Of a DNA stretch of 64,000 nt, positions 1 through 14,195 are shown one piece after another (positions within the stretch are counted from its first letter, which is position 1; each line of letters opens with the position of its first letter). The DNA is taken from the NCBI RefSeq assembly GCF_963921235.1, contig NC_086104.1:4340001-4404000 (forward strand). Direction: 5' to 3'. The stretch comes from Mobula hypostoma. Lineage: Eukaryota. A model generated the notes under the pieces. That model saw nothing but the letters and a program-made list of their open reading frames with translations, had not been told where the DNA came from and ran no database searches. The position numbers and the translations under genes are program-made.

Positions 1-230
1 CTACTAGACAGGTATATGGAGGAATCTAAGGTGGGGGCTTATATGGGAGGCAGGGTTTGAGGGTCGGCACAACATTGTGGGCTGAAGGGCCTGTACTGTG
101 CTGTACTATTCTATGTTCTATTTTCTATGACAGGTGAGGTACCACTGTTCAGGAAAAGCTCTAAGAATAAACCAGGAAATCATAGGTTGGTGAGCTTCAC
201 ATTAATGGTGGGAAAATTGATACAGTGCAG
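1..230 (+). mobile_element. CR1 LINE 3' end with (TTCTATG)-like tail, plus a short ORF2 fragment
   Basis: 3' end motif 'gggctgaagggcctgtactgtgctgtactattctatgttcta'; 127-230 encodes PLFRKSSKNKPGNHRLVSFT, the PLFKKG...PGNYRPVSLT motif of CR1 ORF2. Confidence 0.8.
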
Positions 231-1888
231 GAGAAGGCCATTCAGCCCACAATGTTGTCCCAAGCCAGCTAAAAAGCAAATCAAAAAGACTCAAACACTA
301 ATCCATTTTGCCTACACAATGTCCATATCTCTCCATTTTCCTGATATCCATGTGCCTATCTAATAGTCTCTTAAAAGCCTCAAATGTATTTGCCTCTTCC
401 ACCATTCCAGGCAGTGCATTCCGACACTCATCACTCTCTGAGTAAAAATTGACCCCTCACATCCTTGCACCTACCTCATCTCACCCTCTTTTATTAGATA
501 TTTCAACGCTGCGAAACAGATGCTCCCTGTCTCCTGTGTACTGCCTCCTTGCATTTGATCTACTAAGGTGCAACACCTCACATTTATCTGGGTTAAACTG
601 CATCTGCCATTTCTCAGTCCATATCTGTGACTGATCTATATCACACTGTATTCTTTGCCAGACTTCCACACTATCCACAACTCCACAAGTCTTGGTATCA
701 TCTGCAAACTTACTATACCACCCATCGACTTTTCATCCAGATCATTTAAATACATCACAAATAGCAGAAATCCCAGCACAGATCCCTGCAGAACACCAAG
801 CCTCCAGCTTGAATACGTCCCTTCAACTGTAACACTCTGTTTTGCATGCACAAGCCAGTTTTGAAACGAAAAAGTCAATTTGCCGCAGACCCCATGTAAC
901 TTAATCTTCTGAATTAACTTCCCATGAGGGACTTTGTCAAACACCTTAGTAAAATACATGTGGACAACATCCACTGCCCTAATCTCCTTGTGAAAATCTC
1001 CTTTTTCACCTTGTGAAAAAACTCAATCAAGTTGCTAAGGCACGACTTGATTTGAACAAAGCCAAGCTTGTTCTCCCTAATTAGGCCATGGGCTTCCAAA
1101 TGCTCATATATCCTATCTCTCAGAATTTTCTCCAGCAATTTCCCTATAGATTACCTGAGACTCACCCGTCTATAGTCCCCTGGATTTTCCCTTGCTCCCT
1201 TCTTAAATATAAGTACAACATTAACCACTCACCAGTCCTCCGGGATCTCGCAAACGTGGCAAATGAGGACATGAAGATACTGGTCAAGGGCCCAGAAATC
1301 TTGTTTCTTGCCTCCTTCAATAACCTGGGGTAAATCCGATCAGGCCCTGCAGATTTATTTATCTTGATACTCCTTAGGAGGCCCAACACTTCCTCCTCCT
1401 TGACTTCGAAACACGATAACGTATTTATACACTCAGCACTGATCTATTAGTCCTCCATATTCTTTTCCTCCGTAAATACTGAAGCAAAGTACTCATTAAG
1501 TATCTCACTCACATCCTTTGCTCCAAGCAAATGTCCCCACCCCCGCCGCTTTATCTTTGAGTGGTTCCACCCTCTCCCTAGTTATCTTCTTGTTCTTTGT
1601 GTATGTATAGAATGCCTTGGGTTTCACCTTAATCCTGTTTGCCAAGGACTCTTCATGTCCCCTCCTGGCTTTCCTAATTCCCTTCTGTAGTTCTTTTCTG
1701 GATTCTTTATATATCTTACGTGCTTCGCTTGATCCTAGCTTCCAAAGTGTTACATATTTTTTCTTCATGACTAAATTCATCACTTCTCAGGGCATCCAAG
1801 GTCGCTTTATCTCTCAATCCCCGTCCTTCCTTATAACAGGAGCACACCTTTCCTGTGTTCTGTGCAATTGTTCTTTAAGCACCCTCCA
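231..1888 (-). mobile_element. Decayed CR1 LINE ORF2 fragments
   Basis: Minus ORFs 481-678, 636-974, 914-1138, 1162-1389 and 1505-1783 carry CR1 RT motifs (FDKVPHGKL, VLQGSVLG, QFNPDKCEVLH, KSAGPDRIYPRLLKE). Confidence 0.85.
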
Positions 1889-4800
1889 CATAGAAACCAT
1901 AGAAACCACAGAAACTACAGCACAGAAACAGGCCTTTTGGCCCTTCTTGGCTGTGCCGAACCATTTTCTGCCTAGTCCCACTGACCTGCACACGGACCAT
2001 ATCCCTCCATACACATCCCATCCATGTATCTGTCCAATTTATTCTTAAATGTTAAAAAAGAACCTGCATTTACCACCTCGTCTGGCAGCTCATTCCATAC
2101 TCCCACCACTCTCTGTGTGAAGAAGCCCCCCCTAATGTTCCCTTTAAACTTCTCCCGCGCTCACCCTTAACCCATGTCCTCTGGTTTTTTTCTCCCCTTG
2201 CCTCAGTGGAAAATGCCTGCTTGCATTCACTCTATCTATACCCATCATAATTTTATATACCTCTATCAAATCTCCCCTCATTCTTCTACGCTCCAGGGAA
2301 TAAAGTCCCAACCTATTCAACCTTTCTCTGTAACTGAGTTTCTCAAGTCCCGGCAACATCCTTGTAAACCTTCTCTGCACTCTTTCCACCTTATTTATAT
2401 CCTTCCTGTAATTTGGTGACCAAAACTGAACACAATACTCCAGATTCGGCCTCACCAATGCCTTATACAACCTCATCATAACATTCTAGCTCTTATACTC
2501 AATACTTAGATTAATAAAGGCCAATGTACCAAAAGCTCTCTTTACGACCCTATCTGGCTGTGACGCCACTTTTAGGGAATTTTGTATCTGTATTCCCAGA
2601 TCCCTCTGTTCCACTGCACTCCTCAGTGCCTTACCATTAACCCTGTATGTTCTACCTTGGTTTGTCCTTCCAACGTGCAATACCTCACACTTGTCAGTAT
2701 TAAACTCCATCTGCCATTTTTTAGCCCATTTTTCCAGCTGGTCCAAGTCCCTCTGCAGGCTCTGAAAACCTTCCTCACTGTCTACTACACCTCCAATCTT
2801 TGTATCATCAGCAAATTTGCTGATCCAATTTACCACATTATCATCCAGATCATTGATATAGATGACAAATAACAATGGACCCAGCACTGATCCCTGTGGC
2901 ACACCACTAGTCACAGGCCTCCACTCTGAGAAGCAATTCGCTACCACCACTCTCTGGCTTCTTCCATCGAGCCAATGTCTAATCCAATTTACCACCTTTC
3001 CATGTATACCTAGCGACTGAATTTTCCTAAATAACTTCCCATGCGGGACCTTGTCAAAGGACTTACTGAAATCCATGTAGACAATATCCACTGCCTTCCC
3101 TTCATCCACTTTCCTGGTAACCTCCTCGAAAAACTCCAATAGATTGGTCAAACATGACCTACCACGCACAAAGCCATGTTGACTCTCCCTAATCAGTCCC
3201 TGTCTATCCAAGTGCCTGTAGATTTTGTCTGTTAGTACTCCTTCCAATAACTTACCTACTACCGACGTTAAACTCACCGGCCTATAATTTCCCGGATTAC
3301 TTTTTGATCCTTTTTTAAACAACAGAACAACATGAGCCACTCACCAATCCTCCAGCACTTCACCCGTAGACAGTGACATTTTAAATATTTCTGCCAGGGC
3401 CCCCGCAATTTCAACACTAGTCTCCTTCAAGGTCCGAGGGAACACTCTGTCAGGTCCCGGGGATTTATCCACTTTAATTTTCCTCAAGACAGCAAGCACC
3501 TCCTCCTTTTCAATCTGTACAGTTTCCATGATCTCACTACTTGATTCCCTCAATTCCATAGACTTCACGCCAGTTTCCTTAGTAAATACAGACGCAAAAA
3601 AACCTATTTAAGATCTCCCCCATTTCCTTTGGTTCCGCACATAGCCGACCACTCTGATATTCAAGAGGACCAATTTTATCCCTTACAATCCTTTTGCTCT
3701 TAATATACCTATAAAAGCTCTTTGGATTATCCTTCACTTTGACTGCCAAGGCAACCACATGTCTCCTTTTAGCCCTCCTGATTTCTTTCTTAAGCATTTT
3801 CTTGCACTTCTTATACTCCTCAAGCACCTGATTTACTCCCTGTTTCCTATACATTTCATACAACTCCCTCTTCTTCTTTATCAGAGTTGCAATATCCCTT
3901 GAGAACCAAGGTTCCTTATTCCTATTCAATTTTCCTTTAAACCTGACAGGAACATACGAACTCTGCACTCTCAAAATTTCCCCTTTGAAGGCTTCCCACC
4001 TACCAATCACATCTTTGCCAGAGAACAACCTGTCCCAATCCACGCTTTTTAGATCCTTTCTCATTTCTTCAAATTTGGCCTTCTTCCAGTTCAGAACCTC
4101 AACCCTAGGACCAGATCTATCCTTGTCCATGATCAAGTTGAAACTAATGGTGTTATGATCACTGGAACCAAAGTGCTCCCCTACACAGACTTGCGTCACT
4201 TGTCCTAACTCCTTTCCTAACAGGAGATCCAATATTGCATCCCCTCTAGTTGGTCCCTCTACATATTGATTTAGAAAACTTTCCTGAACTCATTTTTCAA
4301 ACTCTAAACCATCTAGACCCCTAACAGTATGGGAGTCCCAATCAATGTATGGAAAATTAAAATCCCCTCCCACCACAACTTTATGTTTCCTGCAGTTGCC
4401 TGCTATCTCTCTGCAGATTTGCTCTTCCAAGTCTCGTTGACTATTGGGTGGTCTGTAATACAATCCCACTAATGTGGCCATACCTTTCCTGTTTCTCAGC
4501 TCCACCCATAAGGACTCAGTAGACAAGCCCTCTAATCTGTCCGGCCTGAGCACTGCTGTAATATTTTCCCTAACAAGCAATGCTACTCCCCCACCTTTCA
4601 GTCCTCTGCCTTGATCACATCTGAAACATTGGAACTCTGGAATATTAAGCTGCCAGTCCTGCCCCTCCTGTAGCCAAGTTTCACTAATTGCTATAAGGTC
4701 ATAATTCCACGTGTCAATCCACGCCTTCAACTCATCCACCCTCCCCGCAATACTCCTAGCATTGAAATATATACACCTCAGAAGATGTTTACCACCACTC

Positions 4801-5453
4801 ACAACCTTTCTATTAGCGGATCTGCTTGAACTTTTAACATCATTTATTTTCACCCCAACCACACTGCCAGCTCTGGCACTCTGGTTCCCATCCCCCTGCA
4901 AATCGAGTTTAAAGCCTCCCCAATAGCACTAACAAACTTCCCTGAAAGGATATTGGTCCCCCTGTAGTTCAAGTGTAACCCGTCTCTCTTGTACAAGTCC
5001 CACCTGCCCCAGAAGAGGTCCCAATTATCCTGAAATCTGAAACCCTGCTCCCTACACCAGTTCCTCAGCCACTTGTTCATCCTCCAGAACATCCTATTCC
5101 TACCCTCACTGGCATGTCGCACATGTAGCAATCCTGAGATTACCACCCTTGAGGTCCTGCTTTTCAACTTCCTACCAAGCTCTCTATACTCACTGTCCAG
5201 GACCTCCTCACTCTTCCTTGCTATGTCATTGGTACCGATGTGCACCACGACATCTGGCTGGTCACCCTCCCACTTCAGAATGTCATGCAATCGATCAGAG
5301 ACATCCTTGACCCTGGCACCTGGGAGGCAACAAACCATCCTGGATTCTCTGTCACGACCACAGAACCTCGTATCTGCACCTCTAACTATCGAATCCCCTA
5401 TCACTACCACTCTCCTCTTTTTCCACCCTCCCTTCTGCACTGCAGAGCCAGAC
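1889..5453 (-). mobile_element. Near full-length CR1 LINE (5'-truncated in ORF1; ORF2 broken by stops and frameshifts)
   Basis: Tail (CATAGAAAC)n at 1889; RT 2486-3340 (QHGFVRGRSCLTNLLEFF, GVPQGSVLGP, FADD); APE endonuclease 4290-4901 and 3579-4232; ORF1 esterase. Confidence 0.95.
4922..5453 (-). pseudogene. CR1 ORF1 SGNH/GDSL-type esterase domain
   Basis: VVIGDSIVRG...CLPGARV...DVVVHIGTNDI...DGLHLN in ORF 4850-5572; the N-terminal part of that ORF is a chimera with an adjacent fragment. Confidence 0.85.
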
Positions 5454-6130
5454 CCATGCCACATGTCTGATATGGTGTTGTCAGAGAAAAAGTGTTCCCA
5501 ATTAACGCTTTTTAGTTCCTGCCTAATGCATTCATAATTTGCCCTAATCCAATCCTTATCCTTATCGATCACTTCTTCTGAGAGCTACGGATTTCTGGTT
5601 CCTGTTCCTTTACTGCTCACTCACTAAAAGGCCAGTCACCTGGCCAGGTCCAGTACAGCCCCTCCTCTCATTGGCCCATCCACATACTGATTGAAGCAAC
5701 CTTCCTGGATATGGTTAACACATTCTGCTCCATCAAAACCTCTTGCAGAAGAAATGTCCCAGTTTTTATGAGGGAAGTTGAAATCTTCAAGAGAACCTCC
5801 TTATTATTTTTACACATTTCCTTAATCTGATTAGGTTTTGGTTCCTCAATGTCCCGATGGATATTTGGGGTTTGTTGTACAAATCCAGCAGTGTGATCAC
5901 ACCCTTCCCATTCCTGAGTTCCACCCAAATGGACTCAGTGTCTGTCCCCTGAATGTCTGGTCCCTGATTAGTAGTGCAACACACACCCCACCCTACTCTT
6001 TTACCTCCTACTCAATCTTTTCTAAAACTTCAAAAATCAAGTGCATTAAGCACCCATTTCTGTCCCTCTCTCGACCAAGTGTCAGTAATGGCCACAACAT
6101 CGTAGGTCCATGTAATGATCCCTGCTCTGG
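5454..6130 (-). mobile_element. Old CR1 endonuclease-region fragment
   Basis: ORF 5787-5984 ESIWVELRNGKGVITLL matches the CR1 EN segment of 4290-4901. Confidence 0.7.
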
Positions 6131-6139
6131 GCTCATCAT

Positions 6140-7350
6140 CCTCACTGAGGTGGTTCATTTTGGTAGGTCAAATAAGATGGCAGAATGTAGCATTAATGGT
6201 AAGAATCTTGGCAGTGTAGAGGATCAGAGGGATCTTGGGGTCCGAATCCATAGGACACTCAAAGCTGCTACCCAGGTTGACTCTGTGGTTAAGGAGACAT
6301 ACGGTGTATTGGCCTTCATCAATCGTGGGATTGAATTTAGGAGCTGAGAGGTAATGCTGCAGCTATATAGGACCCTGGTCAGACCCCACTTGGAGTACTG
6401 TGCTCATTTCGGATCGCCTCACTGTAGGTGGCATCCGTTAGTCTCACGAGACCATGGATCTGCTCCTGGAATGTCTCTCTGCCGTCACGGTGAGGCGACG
6501 CTGGAGTGTCCTCTCCAGGGCGCAGGCCTGGGCAAGGTTGTATGGAAGACCGGCAGTTGCCATGCAGCAAGTCTCCTCTCTCCACGACACTGATGTTGTC
6601 CAATGGAAGGGCAAGGGCCGATAGAGCTGGGTACCAGTGTCGTCGCAAGAGTTTCCAGAATGAGGTTGAAGGCAACGTCAGACTGCGTTAGGGACTCCAG
6701 CTCCGGATTTGTCCTCAGGGTTTACTCCCGAAGCCTTTCCCATGAGTGGGTATGGTTGCAATGGAGCAGAGGTTTGAAATCGGAATTTTCCCTCTCTTAG
6801 ATGGACTGCCTTCCTAGGCCGACGAGCTCCATCTACCCAAACTCACTATAGGAAGGATGTGGAAACTATAGAAAGGGTGCAGAGGAGATTTACAAGGATG
6901 TTGCCTGGATTGGGGACCATGCCTTATGAGAGTAGATTGAATGAACTCGGTCTTTTCTCCTTGGACTGATGGAGGATGAGAGGTGACTTGATAGATGTGT
7001 ATAAAATAATGAGAAGCATTGATCGTGTGGATAGTCAGAGGCTTTTTCCCCTGGGCTGAAATGCCTAGCACAGGAGGGCATAGTTTTAAGGTGCTTGGAA
7101 GCAGGTACAGAGGAGATGTTAGGGATAAGTTTTTTACGCAGAGAGTGGTGAATGCGTGGAATGTGCTGCCGGCAGCGGTGCTGGAGGCAGAAACGACAGG
7201 GTCTTTTAAGAGACTCCTGGATGGCTACATGGCGCTTAGAAAAATACAGGGCTATGGGTAAAGCCCAGGCAGTTCTAAAGTAGGGACATGTTCAGCACAG
7301 CTTTGTGGGCTGAAGGGCCTGTATGGTGCTGTATGTTTCTATGTTTCTAC
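6140..7350 (+). mobile_element. CR1 3' fragment interrupted by an RTE-derived SINE-like insert
   Basis: MLQLYRTLVRPHLEYC, FFTQRVVNAWN, tail 'tatgtttctatgtttcta'. Confidence 0.85.
6429..6841 (-). mobile_element. Non-autonomous RTE-derived (SINE-like) element with ~11-bp TSD
   Basis: Flanked by CTCACTGTAGG (6418-6428) and CTCACTATAGG (6842-6852); minus strand begins with an RTE/BovB-like 5' UTR ('gagagggaaaattccgatttcaaacc'); no ORF. Confidence 0.65.
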
Positions 7351-7429
7351 CCATAATACTCCAAGGATTAAAATATAGTCATTTCAAATTTTCTGACCAA
7401 TCAGACCTGTTGTTTCGATTTTGCTATTC

Positions 7430-9160
7430 AATCAAGTCTGCCCTGCCATTCAATCATGGCTGATCCTTTTTTGTATCTCCTCCTCAACCCCGGTTCCTGG
7501 CCTTCTCCCGTAAACTTTGATGAAATTTCCAATCAAGAACCTAACAATCTCTGCCTTATATACACCCCATGACCTGCCCTCCGCAGCTGTATGTGGCAAC
7601 AAATTCCACAAAATCACCACCCTTTGGCTAAAGAAATTTCTCAGCATCTCTGTTTTGAAAGTGCTCCCTTCCATCCTGAAGCTGTGCCCTCTTGTCCTAG
7701 ACTCTCCCACCATGGGAAACATCCTTTCCACATCTACTCTGTCCAGGCCTTTCAACATTCAAAAGGTTTCAGTGAGATCCTTCTCATCCTTCTGAATTCC
7801 AGTGAGTACAGTCCCAGAGCCATCAAGTGTTCCTCACGTGATTACCCTTTCATTCCTGGAACTCCTCTGGACCCGCTCCAATACAAGCACATCTTTTCTA
7901 AGATGAGGGATCAAAACTGTTCACAATACTCAAGGTGAGGCCTCACCAGAGCCTTATAAAGCCTCAGCATCATATCACTACTCTTGTACTCTAGACCTCT
8001 TGAAATGAAAGCTAAAATGCCATTTGCCTTCCTCAGCATGGACTCAACCTGCAAGTTAACCTTTAGGGTGTTCTGCTCAAGGACTCCTAAGTCCCTCTGC
8101 ATCTCAAATTCCTGGATTTTCTCCCCATTTAGAAAAGAGTCCGCATGTTTATTTCTACTACCATGCACTTCCCAACATTGTATTTTATTTGGCACTTTCT
8201 TGCTCATTCTCCTAATCTGTCTAAGTCCTTCCATATCATACCTGTTTCCTCAACACTGCCTGCCCCTCCATAAATCTTTGTATCATCTGAAAACCTGTCA
8301 ACAAAGCCATCTATTCCATCATCTAATTATTTATATACAGCATAAAAAGAAGTGGTCCCAACACTGACACCTGCAGAACACCATTAGTCACTGGAAGCCA
8401 ACCAGAAAAGGATCTTTTTATTCCCACTCACTGCCTCCTACCAATCAGTCATACTCTAACCATGTTAGGGACTTTCTTGTCATACCATGGGCTCTTAACT
8501 TGGTAAGCAGCCTCATGTGTGGCACCTTGTCAAAGGCCTTCTGAAAGTCCAAATATACAACACCACTGCATCCCCTTTATCTACCCTACTTGTAATCTCC
8601 TCAAAGAATTTCAGCAGGTTCATCAGGCAGGATTTCCCTGAAGGAAACCATGCTGACTTTGTACCATCTTGTCCTGGGTCATCAAGTGCTCCATCACCTC
8701 ATCCTTAACATCTTCCCAACCATTGAGGTCAGGCTAACTGGTCTATAATTTCCTTTCTGCTGCCTTCCTCCTTTCTCAAAGAGACCAGTTCATCTGATCC
8801 CGGTGACTCATGTAACTTTAAATCTTTCAGCTTTCTGAGCACCTTCTCTCTTCTAACAAAAACTGCACCCACTTCTCATCCTTCACACACTACAACATCA
8901 GACATACAGTGAAGATGGATGCAAAATATTCCTTGTCCCCCGTTATTAGTTTTTCCTGCCTCATTTTCTAGTGGTCCTAATTCCACTCTCATTTCTCTTT
9001 TATTATTAACATACTTGAAAAAAACTTTTATTATCCACTTTGATATTATTTGCTAGCTTGCTTTCATATTTCATCATTTCCTTTTTAATGATTTTTTTAG
9101 TTGCTCTCTGTAGGATTTAAAAAACTACACAATCCTCTATCTTTCCACTAATTTTTGCTT
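7430..9160 (-). mobile_element. CR1 LINE RT/3' region (second subfamily), decayed
   Basis: ORFs 7450-7758 and 7911-8234 (MLRLYKALVRPHLEYCEQF, GLDRVDVERMFPMVGESRTRGH). Confidence 0.85.
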
Positions 9161-9164
9161 TGTT

Positions 9165-10845
9165 AGAACCATAGAACATTATAGCACAGAAACAGGCCTT
9201 TTGGCCCTTCTTGGCTGTGCTGAACCATTTTACTGCCTAGTCCCACTGACCTGCACCTGGACCATATCCCTCCATACACCTCTCATCCATGTACCTGTTC
9301 AAGTTTTTCTTCAATGTTAAAAGTGAGCCCACATTTACCACTTCATCTGGCAGCTCATTCCACACTCCCACCACTCTCTGTGCGAAGAAGTCCGCCCCAA
9401 TGTTCCCTTTAAACTTTTCCCCCTTCACCCTTAACCCATGTCCTCTGGTTTTTTTCTCCCCTTGCCTCAGTGGAAAAAGCCTGCTTGCATTCACTCTATC
9501 AATACCCATCATAATTTTATATACCTCTATCAAATCTCTCCTCATTCTTCTACGCTCCAGGGAATAAAGTCCTAACCTATTCAACCTTTCGCTATAACTC
9601 AGTTTCTCAAGTCCCGGAAACATCCTTGTAAACCTTCTCTGCACACTTTCGACCTTATTTATATCCTTCCTGTAGTTTGGTGACCAAAACTGAACACAAT
9701 ACTCCAAATTCGGCCTCACCAATGCCTTAAACAACCTCACCATAACATTCCAACTCTAGGCCAATGTACCAAAAGCTTTCTTTGCGACCCTATCTACCTG
9801 TGACGCCACTTTTAGGGAATTTTGTATCTGTATTCCCAGATCCCTCTATTCTACTGCACTCCTCAGTGCCTTACCATTTACCCTGTATGTTCTAACTTGA
9901 TTTGTCCATCCAAAGTGCAATACCTCACACTTGTCTGTATTAAACTCCATCTGCCATTTTTCAGCCCATTTTTCCAGCTGGTCCAAATCCCACTGCAAGC
10001 TTTGAAAACCTTCCTCACTGTCCAATACACCTCCAATCTTTGTATCATCAGCAAGTTTGCTGATCCAGTTTACCACATTATCATCCAAATCATTGATATA
10101 GATGACAAATAGCAATGGACCCAACACTGATCCCTATGGCACACCACTAGTCACAGGCCTCCACTCAGAGAAGCAATTCTCTACTACCACTCTCTGGCTT
10201 CTTCCACTGAGGTCAATGTCTAATCCAATTTGCCACCTCTCCATGTATACCTAGCAACTGAATCTTCCTAACTAACCTCCCATGCGGGACCTTGTCAAAG
10301 GCCTTACTGAAGTCCATGTAGACAACATCCACTGCCTTCCCTTCATCCACTTTCCTGGTAACCTCCTCGAAAAACTCTAATAGATTGGTCAAACATGACC
10401 TACCACGCACAAAGCCATGTTGACTCTCCCTAATAAGTTCCTATCTATCCAAATACTTATAGATCCTATTTCTCAGTACTCCTTCCAATAATTCACCTAC
10501 TACCGATGTCAAACTTACCAGCCTATAATTTCCCAAATGACTTTTAGAACCTTTTTTAACTAAAAGAACAACAGGTGCTATCCTCCAATCCTCTAGCACC
10601 TCACTCATAGATACCGACATTTTAAATATATTTGCCAGGGCCCCTGCAATTTCAACAGTAGTCTCCTTCAACGTCTGAGGGAATATGCTGTCTGGTCCTG
10701 GGGATCTATCTAGTCTGATTTGCCTCAAGATAGCAAGAGCCTCCTGCTCCTCAATCTGTATAGGTTCCATGACCTCACTACTTGTTTGCCTTATTTCCAT
10801 TGACTCCATGCCAGTTTCCTTAGTAAATACAGATGCAAAAAAACC
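9165..10845 (-). mobile_element. CR1 3' half, same young subfamily as 1889-5453
   Basis: Near-identical 3' end 'gcacagaaacaggccttttggcccttcttggctgtgc'; ORFs 9237-9743, 9846-10127, 10213-10410, 10441-10902. Confidence 0.9.
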
Positions 10846-12365
10846 ATGTTCTATGCCCTTTCTTTTGTGTTTACAATAGCTTTGAATTCCTTTGTCAGCC
10901 ACGGTTGTACTGTATTACCATTTGAGTATTTCTTCATTTCTGCAATACATGTGTCCTGTACCTTCCTCATTTTCCCCAGAAACCTACACCATTGCTGCTC
11001 TGCTGACATCCCCACCAGCAACTCCTTCCAATTTACTTTGGCCAACTCCTCTCAGTCTCTTACTCCACTGAAATACTGCTACATCAGTTTTTGATTACAT
11101 AACACCCAATTCAGTATAGCTGCTCCCTTAATAGGCTCAATGGCAAACTGCTCAAAAAAGCTATCTCTTAGGCATTCAACAAACTCACTCTCTTGAGATC
11201 CATTACAAAGCTGGTTTTCCCAATCGAACTGCATGTTAAAATCTCCCTTGACGACTATAACATTGCCCTCTTGATTCACCTTTTCTATATTTTTTGTAAC
11301 CTGTGGTCCACCTCTCAGCCATTGTTGTGAGGCCTGTATATTAGTGCCATTAACTTCCTTTTACCCTTGCAGTTTCTGAACAGAACCCACAAGGTTTCAA
11401 CATCTTCCGATTCTATGTCACATCTTTCTACTGATTTGATGCCATTCTTTACCAGAAGAGCCACATCACCCCTCTACGTAACTTCCTATCCACAGAAACA
11501 TAGAAACATAGAAAACCTACAGCACAATACAGGCCCTTCAGCCCACAAAGTTGTGCTAAACATGTCCCTACCTTAGAAATTACTAGGCTTACCTATAGCT
11601 TCCTATTTTTCTAAGCTCCATGTACCTATCCAAAAGTCTCTTAAGAGATCCTATTGTATCCGCCTCCACCACCGTTGCCGGCAGCCCATTCCACGCACTT
11701 ACCACTCTCTAAGTAAAAAACTTACCCCTGACATCTTTTCTATATCTTGTGGCAACCATTTCAGCCCTGGGAAAAAGCCGCTGACTATCCACACGATCAA
11801 TGCCTCTCATTATCTTATACACCTCTATCAGATCACCTCTCATCCTCCGTCGCTCCAACGAGAAAAGGCTGAGTTCACTCAATCTATTCTCATAAGGCAT
11901 GCTCCCCAATCCAGGCAGCATCCTTGTAAATCTCCTCTGCACCCTTTCTGTGGCTTCCACATCCTTCCTGTAGTGAGACGACCAGAACCGAGCACAGTAC
12001 TCCAAGTGGGGTCCGACCAGGGTCCAATATAGCTGCAACATTACCTCTCAGCTCTTAAATTCAATTCCATGATTGATGAAGGCAATGATCATCGCCGAAG
12101 GCTCAGCAATCTTCCCCCTCGCCTCCCACAGCAGCCTGAGTAACATCTCATCCAGTCCCGGCGACTTATCCAACTTGATGCTTTCCAAAAGCTCCATCAC
12201 ATCCTCTTTCTTAATATCTGCATGCTCAAGCTTTTCAGTCTGTGGCAAGTCATCACTACAATCGCCAAGATCCCTTTCCGTAGTGAATACTGAAGTAAAG
12301 TATTCATTAAGCACCTCTGCTATTTCCTCCGGTTCCATACACACTTTCCCACTGTCACACTTGAA
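10846..12365 (-). mobile_element. Composite of CR1 fragments (EN region, 3' end, linker)
   Basis: ORFs 11079-11279 (VVKGDFN), 11709-12041 (LVGPHLEYCARFWS), 12048-12344; second (CATAGAAA) tail at ~11490. Confidence 0.8.
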
Positions 12366-13360
12366 CTAATTGTCAAGGGGTACAGCCCCAGGAGTACTCT
12401 CTAGTACCTGACTCTTCCCCTTCCCCCTCCTGACTGTGACCCACTTGTCTGTCTCCCATGGCCCTGGTGTGACCACACGCCTCTAACTCCTTTCTATTAC
12501 CTCCTTGTTCTTTCTGACCAGGCAAAGGTCATTGAGCTGCATCTCCAGTTCCCTAACTCGGTCCCTTAGGTGCTGTAGCTCAACACATCTGATGCAGATG
12601 TGGCCGTCCGGGAGGCTGGGAGACTCCAGGACCTCCCACATCTGACATCGAGCACAGGGAACTGGCCTCACATACATACTTCCTCCTTTCCGCAAATAAC
12701 ATTGGTAAACCTACCTCACCTCGTTCCGTTACCACCTAAGCCCATTGTGCCAAAGCCCTATCACTCTGCTGTCTCTCACTCTGCTGCCTGCTGGATATGG
12801 CAGTCTTCTTTTTAAACCTTTTGTGCTCTACTGGCTGACGCCATGCACCTGCGCAGTCTTGCCTCTCATTAACCCTGAGTGGTAAAACTGCCTTGGCTCT
12901 GAAAGTCAACCGTTCACTCTCAGCCTTCTTGCTCTACTATAACATGTTACATTGGACATTCAGCTCCCAACTACAACCATCCATCAGCCACGATTCAGTG
13001 ATGGCCACAAGATCATACCTGGCAATCTGTAATATTGCAACAAGATTATCCACCTTATTACTTATACTACATGCATTTAGCTACAACACCTTGAGTACCG
13101 TATTTGCTGTTCTTTCTGATTCTGCATCCATAATGATTTGATACTCAGCTGCAACTAAGTCCCATGACCTGCCTGCCCTTCCTGACAATCTGACTGCAAG
13201 CTATCTTTACTTTTTGACCATCCATTCTTTCCTGGGTCCCTTCACTCTGGTCCCCTCCCCTCTGCCAAGTTAGCTTAAACCCTCCACAACAGCTCGAACA
13301 AACCTGCTTGCGAAAATCAATGTCAATACTTTCCCTGACATCTACCTTCTGGTCCGTTCC
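12366..13360 (-). mobile_element. CR1 ORF1 N-terminus (Cys-rich zinc-finger/coiled-coil) and EN remnants
   Basis: ORF 12483-12695 CARCQMWEV...CIRCVELQHLRDRVRELE; homologous to 46976-47596. Confidence 0.75.
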
Positions 13361-13424
13361 TTCCCTTACTGAGCTGGTGATTCAATTCCCAGTCCCCTGC
13401 AAAATTAGTTTTTTCTAAGGGACC

Positions 13425-14195
13425 AGATATACTGTATGAGTATTTGGATAAACAGGGATTGATTAGGGATAGTCAACATGGCTTTGTGTGTGTTAGGTCA
13501 TGTCTAAACAATCCTATAGAGTTTTTTGAGGAAGCTACCAGGAAAGCTGATCAAGGCAAGGCAGTGGATGTTTTCTACAAGCTATTTCACAAGGTCTCGC
13601 ATGGGAGGTTTATCAAGCACATTTAGTCGCTTGTCATTCAAGATGAGGTGCTAACCGGGATTAGACATTGGCTCTGTGGAAGAAGACAGAGAGTGGTAGT
13701 AGTTAGTTTCCTTTCTGACTGGAGGCCTGTGATTAGGGGTGTTCCATAGGGATCAGTGCTGGGCCTTTAATGTTTTTCATCTCTACCAATGATATGGATG
13801 ATAATGTGGTTAACTGGACCAGCAAATTTGTGAATGTCACCAAGATTCGGGTTGTAGTGAATACCAAGGAAGACTGTTGGAGCTGGGCAAGCTGGTAAAA
13901 TGGCAGATGGAATTTCATACAGACAAGTGTGAGCTGATGCACTTTGGTAGGACCATCCAGGGTAGGTCTTACACAGTGAATGGCAGGGTACTGAGGAGTG
14001 CAGGAGAACAAAGGGATCTTAGACCACAGGTCTATAATTCATGACAAGTTGCAGCTAAGGTAAATAGTTTTGTAAAGAAAGTTTTTGGCACATTGACCAT
14101 CGTAAATCAAAGCAGGAGATGGGATGTTATGTTGAAGATGTACAAGACGTTGTTGAGGCCTAATTTGGAGTATTGTGTGCAGTTTTGGTCACCTA
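13425..14195 (+). mobile_element. Decayed CR1 RT fragment
   Basis: QGLIRDSQHGFVCVRSCLNN in ORF 13444-13626. Confidence 0.8.

Noticed and set aside
2582-2872. Recurrent antisense ORFs (e.g. MYLYSQIPLF... at 2582, 9822, 25108)
   Set aside because: Shadow frames opposite CR1 RT; they recur only because the elements do
4850-5572. GDSL esterase or PAF-acetylhydrolase-like host gene
   Set aside because: Known CR1 ORF1 esterase; repeated at 23114, 46976 and 48940 and adjoining CR1 ORF2
6841-6852. ACTCACTATAGG resembling the T7 promoter or vector contamination
   Set aside because: Lacks TAATACG; it is CR1 coding sequence duplicated as a TSD
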